Source: Candidatus Undinarchaeales archaeon (GTDB lineage Archaea; SpSt-1190; JASMDC01). Taken from it: a DNA stretch of 64,000 bases. Both the position numbers and the translations under genes were made by a program. Below are positions 9,422 to 17,381 of the stretch, one piece after another. The stretch covers positions 1 through 64,000 of the forward strand of contig JASMDC010000014.1 in NCBI GenBank assembly GCA_030753015.1, in the 5' to 3' direction. The notes under the pieces were generated by a model, which saw only the letters and a program-made list of their open reading frames with translations, was not told the DNA's origin and ran no database searches. Position 1 is the first letter of the stretch. Each line of letters begins with the position of its first letter.

Positions 9422-9493
9422 TTAGGATTCGAATATACTCCTGATGTAATTAAGCCTCGGGAATTATCGTATATACTGGCAAAGTAGAGGGGC

Positions 9494-11473
9494 TCAGTCC
9501 CTCTTTTTTCCCTTCATCGTCTTCGATGGGTGCTCGCCGAGCAGCTCGAGGGCCGCCTCGGCAGCGGACCTCACGAACGTGTCATCGTCATCCATGAGGG
9601 CGCCAAGCGCCTTCACAGCACCACGCTCGCCGATCCTACCAAGAGCGTCCGCGGCGTGTTTGCGAACATGCGGGTTCGTATCATTAGTGACCTTTACGAG
9701 GGACTTGAGCGAGGCGGGCGAACCTATACGACCGAGAGCCTCGGCAGCAGAAAGCCGCACCCGTCCGTTGATGTCCTTGAGAGTATCATGGAGGGCGTCC
9801 CTTGCGCGAACGTCGCCGATATGTCCGAGCGCTTCTGCCGCGCACCACCGCAGGTCCACGTATTCGTCCTTGAGCAGCCCGATGAGCGGGATCGTACCCC
9901 TCGAATCCCCGATGCGCCCAAGAGCTTCGGCCGCCGCCCATCGCACATCGTCATGAGCGTCGTTAATGAGGTCGAGCAGCGGTTCGACGGCGCGTACGTC
10001 ACCTGTGCGACCCAGGGCTTCCACGACCCTTGTGCGTATCTGTTCGTGATGGTTATCGACCATGCTGATGAGGGGCTCTACAGCTAGAGGATCGCCAAGC
10101 CTCCCGAGGGACTCCACGGCACAGAGCCGCACGTCCTCGTGCCTGTCCCGAAGAGCGGTGATGATCTTGCGAACAGCACGGGCGTCACCGATCCTACCCA
10201 GCGCCTCTACTGCGTAACGCCTTACGTATACGTGCTCGTCGTCGAGGATGGTGAGCAGTCCTTTGACCGAGGAGCGGCTCCCGATGCGACCCAGTGCCTC
10301 TGCAGCGGACCAACGGACGTGGCTGTTGTCGTCCTTCAGTGCCATGAGGAGATAGGGTGTGGCAGCTCGTATCGACAGTTGGCCCAGTGCCTCGGCAGCG
10401 CTCCAGCGCACGTGGCTGGACTCGTCCTTGAGCGCGTCCATGAGCGCGGAACCAGCATCCCTGTCTCCGATGCTACCAAGTGCATCTGCGGCATACCATC
10501 TCACTTCCTCGTACTCGTCCCGAAGGAGCACCAGGAGCGGCATGACCGCGGCTCTGTCACCGATCCGTGCCAAAGCCCCGGCGGCCGCACGCCTCACATA
10601 GATGTGATGGTCCTTGGTGCACTCATTGAGCGCAGTTACTGCATCCTTCGAGCCGATACGCCCAAGCGCTTCAGCGGCCTTGGCACGCACGTCACCGTCC
10701 TCATCGTCGATGACCGATTCCTTGAGGATAGGGACAGAGGAGTAGTCCCCGAACCTGCCAAGTGCCTCTGCGACATACTTGCGCACCTCGACGGACTGAT
10801 GCGTCACGAGTGCCGTTACCGGTTCGATCGCTCTCGCATCGCGTATGCGTATGAGCGACATGATCGCACCGACGATGATACGTTCGTTGGACGATCCCAG
10901 CTCCTTCAAGAGGTGGTCGACTGCGTCCTCGCCTATCTCCCCCAGTGCCATTGCGGCACCGTACCGTGCATAGATATAATCGTCATCGAGCGTTCTTATA
11001 AGCGGTGTGATGGCCCGCTTGTCCTTCAGGCGGCCGAGCGCCTCTGCAGCGTGCTTGCGCACCTCCTCGTCATCGTGAGCGAGCGCTCCGATGAGCGGCT
11101 CCACGGCCTTGTTGTCACCGATCCTTCCGAGGGCCAGTATGGCCGCGTGACGTTTGTCCTCGTCACCGGTCGAAAGGACACTGATTAGCGGATCGACAGC
11201 GTGCTTTCCGATCTTGCCCAGGGCGAGCGCGGCACCGTACCGGGCGTACATGTCCTTGTCGCCGAGCAGGTCGGTGAGCGGTTCGACCGCCTTGATGCTC
11301 CCAAGGTCACCAAGGGCGAGCGCCGCGAACTGTCTGATGGTCTGATCTTCATCACGGAGGGCTTCGATGAGGGGTCCGACCGCGCTCTCACCGATCGTGG
11401 CGAGAGCGTCCTCGCCCCCATCATGGTAGTTGATGAGTATCTCTCTGATACGTCTGTGAAGCTCCCCTTCCAT
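9494..11473 (-). CDS. HEAT repeat (PBS lyase-type) protein, about 20 repeats
   Basis: 31-aa repeat VRxxAAEALGRIGDxRAVEPLIxxLxD throughout. ATG 11473 after GGTGA. Confidence 0.95.
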   Translation of the reverse strand: MEGELHRRIREILINYHDGGEDALATIGESAVGPLIEALRDEDQTIRQFAALALGDLGSIKAVEPLTDLLGDKDMYARYGAALALGKIGKHAVDPLISVLSTGDEDKRHAAILALGRIGDNKAVEPLIGALAHDDEEVRKHAAEALGRLKDKRAITPLIRTLDDDYIYARYGAAMALGEIGEDAVDHLLKELGSSNERIIVGAIMSLIRIRDARAIEPVTALVTHQSVEVRKYVAEALGRFGDYSSVPILKESVIDDEDGDVRAKAAEALGRIGSKDAVTALNECTKDHHIYVRRAAAGALARIGDRAAVMPLLVLLRDEYEEVRWYAADALGSIGDRDAGSALMDALKDESSHVRWSAAEALGQLSIRAATPYLLMALKDDNSHVRWSAAEALGRIGSRSSVKGLLTILDDEHVYVRRYAVEALGRIGDARAVRKIITALRDRHEDVRLCAVESLGRLGDPLAVEPLISMVDNHHEQIRTRVVEALGRTGDVRAVEPLLDLINDAHDDVRWAAAEALGRIGDSRGTIPLIGLLKDEYVDLRWCAAEALGHIGDVRARDALHDTLKDINGRVRLSAAEALGRIGSPASLKSLVKVTNDTNPHVRKHAADALGRIGERGAVKALGALMDDDDTFVRSAAEAALELLGEHPSKTMKGKKRD

Positions 11474-11530
11474 AGAGGTCACCAGTTCCCGGGATTACCC
11501 CTCACGCCCCGTACCACCTAGGGACGCCGC

Positions 11531-12001
11531 CTACTTCTTCTTACCGCTCTTGGCAGCGGACTTCTTCGCCTTCTTCGGAGCTGACTTCTTCTCCGAGATG
11601 CGGGGAGAGTCCTCCCCCAGGAGGATCTTGGGGGATGAGATCGGTGGCGGCAGCTTGAGGTCCCGCGCGAGGTTGATGGAGAGGATGAGCGGGTCCTGCA
11701 ACATGGCCTGGAACACCCGTTCCTTGGCGGGCTTAAGGAGGTCGATGTTTTTGCCTTCTCCTACCAGGATGTTGTCGATACGCTCTCCCGAGATGATCAT
11801 GATGCCCTGTACATTGAGTATCCCGACGGAAGGTGCATAGTCGGTGATGAGCTGGAACCTAACTGCAACGGCATCCCGCCCGGCGAGCTTGATGCGTTCG
11901 ATTGCTGTGATGCCCGGCTTGGTCTGGATGGAGATCTCCTCGGCGGAGACCTCGTGATTACGCTTGCCGGCGACATCGGTGTACACGATCTGGATCGGCA
12001 T
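11531..12001 (-). CDS. Hypothetical archaeal protein with Lys/Ala-rich tail
   Basis: 156 aa; ARDLKLPPPI motif; upstream TTTAAA box. Confidence 0.7.
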   Translation of the reverse strand: MPIQIVYTDVAGKRNHEVSAEEISIQTKPGITAIERIKLAGRDAVAVRFQLITDYAPSVGILNVQGIMIISGERIDNILVGEGKNIDLLKPAKERVFQAMLQDPLILSINLARDLKLPPPISSPKILLGEDSPRISEKKSAPKKAKKSAAKSGKKK

Positions 12002-12058
12002 GGGATTCGCCCCGGTGTCAACATTTAAATAGGTATTCGCGGCCCGTGGCCGGTCCGT

Positions 12059-13885
12059 TCACGCCTCGTCCCTGCCCAGGAAGTCGAGCGGACACGCCTG
12101 AGCAAGGCACTTCCCGCACTTCGTGCATCGCTTATCATCCAGCATGAGCCGACCCAAGAAGGAGAGCGCGTCACAGGGGCATGCAGAGACACATATACCG
12201 CACCCCGTGCACGCACGGTCGCGCACGAGCACCTTGCACACGCTCTCGAGGATCTCGTGTACCCCCTCTCTCGTAAGATCCTCACCAAGGACATTGGCGC
12301 TGCCATCGGGTCCGATCATCAACGTGGCATCACGCATTTCGATGGTGATACCGTCCTCATTATCAACGACGCCCAGCATCGAAAGAAGGTGGCTGTCCTC
12401 CCATCCCTCGATCTTGACGTCGAACATGTTGACGTCCCCACCACCGCTCTCAGAGATGATGGTGGCCATAGGCGCACCGCCTTTAAGGCACTGCTTCTCA
12501 CCGTGGCCGTGGCGTCGCCAGCCACCTTGTGCCCATTCGTCGCCCAGATTGTGGCGTTTTGCATGCTCCTGGACGATGTCGTCCCAACGCTGCGCGAGGT
12601 CTGGGTGCGTCTCTGCCAGTCGCTTGAACCCCCACGCGCTGGACGAAGGGCACATCCAGCATCCGACACGCTCGTGACCTCGGTGGTACATGGGGTTCAC
12701 GGGCACCTTCTCGCGCAGGAGGTAGAGCCACACGTCCAGCCCGGTCCAGTCGAGGATCGGGTAGGCCGAGAGCTGGTTGGGGACCCATGGATTGCGGTCG
12801 ATCGGTGGACGTTTGGCCCGGGAGAACGACTCGTACTTCCGCTCGCCGCCGAAGGTCAGTGTCGATCCCCATCGCTCCCCGATGGTCCGGGAAACGGGAC
12901 CGAGCTTAGCGACCTTGCAGCACCACCGGTAGTCCATGGCGGGTGGTCCGAAGGTCTGCAGGTTGCGCCAGAAACCGTCACCTGCCGAGGCGACAATGAG
13001 CCTTTCCTCTAGGCCGAGCGCCTTGCATGAATCGTGCACGCACTTCACGGTCTCTTCGAACTCCAGCCCGGTATCAACGAAAAGGACGTCGAACTCCTCG
13101 AGCGCCTTCTTCGCGATAACAAGGGTCACCATCGAGTCCTTCCCACCGCTCATGGCCACGAGAGGGTGCCCCTTGTTCCGATGCACGGCCTTCCGCATGA
13201 AGGCCATGGCATGTCGCTCGATGTTGTCAAGACGACGCGAGTTGGCCTCGACAGCGTCATCCCATGTGGACGGTCCCAGGTCGTCACCGTCGGAACGTCC
13301 GAACCTGCGGACCTTCACGGCGACACCACGCTCTCTGGTGCCCATCTCATCGCCGTTCATGCGTGCCGTTCCAGTGGCCACGACACGACCGTTGACATGG
13401 ACATAGACCTCCTGTCCGTTACGGATCTCAGGATCTGCCCCGTCCACTCCCGGCCTGAGCAGGTCGCCATGTTCGAGGAACCTGACGACGTCCTCCTCGA
13501 TGGTCACGCTTCCACGTGCTCCACCATCGGCCAACCGCTGGGCACCGGCGATATAGAGCTTGCAGAACTCCACCCCGGCGTCGTCGGTCCCGATGATACA
13601 GAGCTTCACACCATCGGTCAGGATCTCATAGGCACAGTCGAAACCGGCAGTGCTGCTCATCACGGCCACCCGGTCATCCCGGAGGAGAGGTGCGCCGTAA
13701 CGCTCACTGAAGAACGCGTTGATGTGCTCCACATCCCAGGGGAACGCGGGCTTAGTGTCCGCCGGGGGCGTGAGGCTGATGGACCTCGGTTGCGCCTCAC
13801 ATCGTCCACATTTCCGGCCTATGACCGGTACGTTACACTGCTCGCACCAGCCCAGAGTGGTCTTTCCCAACACGGGCGCCGGCAT
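12059..13885 (-). CDS. PAPS reductase family protein with Zn ribbon, PUA domain and C-terminal 4Fe-4S ferredoxin domain
   Basis: WCEQCNVP...CGRC, PUA-like LLRPGV, SGGKDS, RWCCKVAK, RVGCWMCP, CTGCGICVSACP. Confidence 0.9.
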   Translation of the reverse strand: MPAPVLGKTTLGWCEQCNVPVIGRKCGRCEAQPRSISLTPPADTKPAFPWDVEHINAFFSERYGAPLLRDDRVAVMSSTAGFDCAYEILTDGVKLCIIGTDDAGVEFCKLYIAGAQRLADGGARGSVTIEEDVVRFLEHGDLLRPGVDGADPEIRNGQEVYVHVNGRVVATGTARMNGDEMGTRERGVAVKVRRFGRSDGDDLGPSTWDDAVEANSRRLDNIERHAMAFMRKAVHRNKGHPLVAMSGGKDSMVTLVIAKKALEEFDVLFVDTGLEFEETVKCVHDSCKALGLEERLIVASAGDGFWRNLQTFGPPAMDYRWCCKVAKLGPVSRTIGERWGSTLTFGGERKYESFSRAKRPPIDRNPWVPNQLSAYPILDWTGLDVWLYLLREKVPVNPMYHRGHERVGCWMCPSSSAWGFKRLAETHPDLAQRWDDIVQEHAKRHNLGDEWAQGGWRRHGHGEKQCLKGGAPMATIISESGGGDVNMFDVKIEGWEDSHLLSMLGVVDNEDGITIEMRDATLMIGPDGSANVLGEDLTREGVHEILESVCKVLVRDRACTGCGICVSACPCDALSFLGRLMLDDKRCTKCGKCLAQACPLDFLGRDEA

Positions 13886-13937
13886 GGGTCGGCGTGTAGC
13901 CAATAGACTTATATGCGTTCGGTAGGGCGAAACGCCC

Positions 13938-14615
13938 ATGCGGCCTCCCCTCCCCCATCCCCTGCTCAAGGCATTATGGGTCTTGAACCGGGCTGCTTGG
14001 CGACCGGACGGTGGGGAGCTGTCCCGTGTCCTTGGTATCCCCGAGGCATCGCTCGATGCGCTCGTTGACAACCTCGTGAACAATGGGCTTGCAGAACGTG
14101 ACCCTGAACAACGGGTCCATCTCACAAAGGCTGGCAGGAAGGAGCTCACGATCGTCCTCACGGCCGGTACCTTCGACATCCTTCATGGAGGTCACGTGTT
14201 CACCCTCGAGCGTGCCAAGGACTACGGGGACGTTCTCGCCGTGGTGATCGCACGTGATGCCAACGTTCGAAAGATAAAGGGACGTGATCCTATCCTCGAT
14301 GAGCAGGAACGGGTCACGCTCGTATCGGCCCTGAAGCCCGTGGACCTGGCCGTGCTCGGCGATATCGATGATCCCCTTCACCCGCTGCTAGACATCGAGC
14401 CCGACGTTGTCGTGCTCGGGTTCAACCAGCCCAAGGACGAGGAAGAGCTCCGCCGCGCGCTCAAAGAACACGGTCTGAGCCCGAAGATCGTGCGGTTCTC
14501 GGAGTACCGCGATGATCCGGGATCGTCCTCAGCGATCCTCAGGGAGGTCATCAGACGCTATCTCGAGGGCGAGCTCGCGCCCGTTATTGAGGACGATGGA
14601 CCGGAGAACGCCTGA
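13938..14615 (+). CDS. ribL: FAD synthase (cytidylyltransferase family) with N-terminal winged-HTH
   Basis: AGTFDILHGGH, VVIARD, PDVVVLGFNQ, SSSAI. N-terminal ELSRVLGIPEASLDALVDNLVNNGLA...LTKAG is MarR-like. Confidence 0.75.
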   Translation: MRPPLPHPLLKALWVLNRAAWRPDGGELSRVLGIPEASLDALVDNLVNNGLAERDPEQRVHLTKAGRKELTIVLTAGTFDILHGGHVFTLERAKDYGDVLAVVIARDANVRKIKGRDPILDEQERVTLVSALKPVDLAVLGDIDDPLHPLLDIEPDVVVLGFNQPKDEEELRRALKEHGLSPKIVRFSEYRDDPGSSSAILREVIRRYLEGELAPVIEDDGPENA

Positions 14616-14648
14616 ACTGGATCCACGCCGACGCCAGGAATGGCCCGC

Positions 14649-15956
14649 TCACTCGCTGTCCTCTTCCTTGTCGGAGAACCAGTGGCCCATGTAGGCGCGG
14701 CCCACGGCGTACGCTGCCTTGCAAGAGTCGACGAATCCGACCGCCTTTGCCCCGCCCCAGGCCATGCGGACCTTATCGCGCAAGGGGAGCTTGTCAGTGG
14801 CATCGAAGAAGGACTCCATGTCCTCGAGACGGAGGGAATCGTCCAGGGCACGCACCTGGATCTGGGAGAATGCTTCAGAGCTGCCGTACTTGACAAGGGG
14901 CTCGGCCAAGTCCATCATCTCCTCCACGGGCATCTCGATACCCTGCTTGATGAGGATGGGCATCAGTGTGTCCGAGAGAGGGTTCTTTTCCCGATAGGAT
15001 ATGGAATTAAGAGAGATTGCGTCGAGTTCGTCCTGTTCTAGAAGGTAGCCCACCTGTTCGGCCACACGCTCATGGCCCTTGAAGATAGAGTTGAAGCCAA
15101 GGGTGCAGAAGGGCGTCTGTCCACCGGCGTCACCCACCAGGAGCACACGGTCAGCGGCCTTCCTGTCCATCTGTCTCATGGGGATCACGCCATAGCACTC
15201 CTTGACGAGGTGGGAGCCAGCTACTTCAGGGTCCTTTGAGGCGAAATCCTCGTAGGCGTCCCTGAGCCCCTGGATCCATTCATCCTCGCTCTTCGCCGCG
15301 TACTCGTCAGGCTTGATCGTCTGGAACACCCAGGAAACACCCCGCTCCTCGGAGAGAGGGAAGTACTCCCCGAACACGTCGGTGTCGGCGTCACGGACGA
15401 CGACCAGGCCCGAAGTCGGGTCAGGGAACGATGCTCCCTCCACGTAGCCCCCGTAGGTGGGCACGTAGTAGTCCGGCTCCTTGTTCAGTCCGAGCTTCTT
15501 GGCTATAGGTGAGTTGTATCCGGTGGCATCGATGACGAGCCTGGCCCTGAGAGGGCCCGCATCAGTGTCGATCTCGACACCTTTGTCGGTGTAGGAGAGG
15601 TCACGGTAGGAGGTCTTTTCAAGGAGGTTGCATCCGTACGACTCCGCCTGGTCACGCCACTTTGCCATGACCTTCCCCTCGTCGACCAGTGCGCAGCCGT
15701 CACCCGCTGGCATGGGCTCTTCGATGTCGAGCGTCCTTTCGCCGGAGCGTAGACGGATACCGCCACGATACAAACGGTTGATGACCAGGTCGTCGTCAAC
15801 TCGGTACCCATCGGTCTCGAGTACGCCCCAGGCCTTGTCGGTATGGCCGATCTCTCCCCGCTCTATGAGGGCGACGTTGTAGTCCTGAGAGAGGTCCGCT
15901 GCAAGCGAGAGACCAGCCGGGCCTCCCCCGACAATGGCAACATCATACTCGTCCAC
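14649..15956 (-). CDS. FAD-dependent oxidoreductase, geranylgeranyl reductase / lycopene cyclase-like
   Basis: YDVAIVGGGPAG, VIDATG, YGVIP, LLVGDAGG. Confidence 0.8.
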   Translation of the reverse strand: MDEYDVAIVGGGPAGLSLAADLSQDYNVALIERGEIGHTDKAWGVLETDGYRVDDDLVINRLYRGGIRLRSGERTLDIEEPMPAGDGCALVDEGKVMAKWRDQAESYGCNLLEKTSYRDLSYTDKGVEIDTDAGPLRARLVIDATGYNSPIAKKLGLNKEPDYYVPTYGGYVEGASFPDPTSGLVVVRDADTDVFGEYFPLSEERGVSWVFQTIKPDEYAAKSEDEWIQGLRDAYEDFASKDPEVAGSHLVKECYGVIPMRQMDRKAADRVLLVGDAGGQTPFCTLGFNSIFKGHERVAEQVGYLLEQDELDAISLNSISYREKNPLSDTLMPILIKQGIEMPVEEMMDLAEPLVKYGSSEAFSQIQVRALDDSLRLEDMESFFDATDKLPLRDKVRMAWGGAKAVGFVDSCKAAYAVGRAYMGHWFSDKEEDSE

Positions 15957-16097
15957 TGTGTCGTCCCGCCGTAGTAACAGTTAATAAACCTGCCTTTGGG
16001 TGACAGTCGCAGTTTCTAGCAGATGGGCGTACGGGAAGCGATACTTAACGATAGGTTAACTAATTGTTAGCGCAGGTTTAACGCGTAATCCGGCCCT

Positions 16098-17144
16098 TCA
16101 GTACCCGATCCCCATGTCGTTCTCGTAGAGTTCGAGCACCTTTTCCTTGTCGAGCCAGGCCGAGCACATGACCGTGTCGGCCCCTCCATAGGGGATCCAG
16201 ATCTTGTCGCCCGCGTCCACGGCACCGCATGAGAACACCACGTTGGGGACACCGAGCGTCGGGTGACCCTCAGCCTCGTAGGGCATGTCCGGTGAGAGGA
16301 TAGGCTCGGTGTATCTCCACGTGCATTCGAGGGTGTCAGCGTCGAGCATGGCCACACCCAGACGGTAGTTCTTCTCCGGGTCCACACCATGGTAGATGAC
16401 GAGCCAACCGTGGCGAGTACGGATGGGAGGCGCGTTAGCACCGATCTTCTCGCCCTCCCACTCCTGAGTGCCCATCTCCATGACGATCCCTGCATCATCC
16501 CAGTGGACCAGGTCGTCCGAGTAGGCCACGTGCATGGAAAGGTCGGTGTTCGGTCGGTGCATCATGGCATACCGCCCGTTGACCTTCTCGGGGAAGAGGA
16601 AGGCGTCCTTGTTGCGCACGCCTTCGAAGCCCTCGATATCCACAGGCCCCTTCTTGTCGAAGGTGTGGAAGTCCTTGGTCGTGGCCAGACAGATGTGATA
16701 GTGGAACCCGTCCTCCGGATCGTCCCTGTGCTTGAGACCCGTGTAGAGCACGGCGTACTCGTCGGACCCGGGTATCAGGGTCGCTCTCGGGTCCTCCACA
16801 CCGATGTAGTCGAAGTCGCTGTCGGGCAGCATCACAGGAGCCTCCGAGCGCTCGAGCACGGTGTGCCCGTCGGATGCCACAACGACACGCTCGAACCTCG
16901 AGCGGGAGTAATCGTTCCATCGGTCGAGATGTTCGGGTTCGGGGACATGGTCATTAAGGTCGGCATCTCCATCGAAGAGCTTGCCCGGTGCGCCCTGGTC
17001 GCGCACGAGCAGGAGATACCCATCGTCCCACTTGACCGCCGCAGCGTTGAAAACAACACCGGAGCGGAAGGGATCGTCCTCCACAGGCTCCAAGAACGGA
17101 TTATGTTCATCCCTCTCTAAGAGGGAGTCCTCGACCGATACCAT
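16098..17144 (-). CDS. GH130 family glycosidase / beta-mannoside phosphorylase
   Basis: VFNAAA, GVEDPRAT, NKDAFLFPEKVNGRYAMMHRP, KIGANAPPI, WLVIYHG, VPNVVFSCG, YGGAD. Confidence 0.9.
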   Translation of the reverse strand: MVSVEDSLLERDEHNPFLEPVEDDPFRSGVVFNAAAVKWDDGYLLLVRDQGAPGKLFDGDADLNDHVPEPEHLDRWNDYSRSRFERVVVASDGHTVLERSEAPVMLPDSDFDYIGVEDPRATLIPGSDEYAVLYTGLKHRDDPEDGFHYHICLATTKDFHTFDKKGPVDIEGFEGVRNKDAFLFPEKVNGRYAMMHRPNTDLSMHVAYSDDLVHWDDAGIVMEMGTQEWEGEKIGANAPPIRTRHGWLVIYHGVDPEKNYRLGVAMLDADTLECTWRYTEPILSPDMPYEAEGHPTLGVPNVVFSCGAVDAGDKIWIPYGGADTVMCSAWLDKEKVLELYENDMGIGY

Positions 17145-17381
17145 GTACACCCCTGTGATTCCCGGCAGGGAAGCCTGCTTATATACATTTGCTCGTATGA
17201 TAACGGATACACTTCATCGACCGACATCGTTCCGAGCGAAGAACTCGATTATCAATGAAGGAAAGTACCACTTCCCCCCTCCCAATACCACCCTGCCGGT
17301 TAACCAGAAAGCTTTTAAGGGACCTGTCTTGCCGTTTTTCACTGAGACATCGAGCCGCGGTTCGATATTAGGGGACTGTAC

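Noticed and set aside
9494-11473. 93-bp periodic DNA repeats
   Set aside because: Fully explained by HEAT protein repeats.
13886-14179. N-terminal extension of the PAPS reductase ORF to 14179
   Set aside because: Overlaps the divergent ribL gene; family-like sequence begins at Met 13885.
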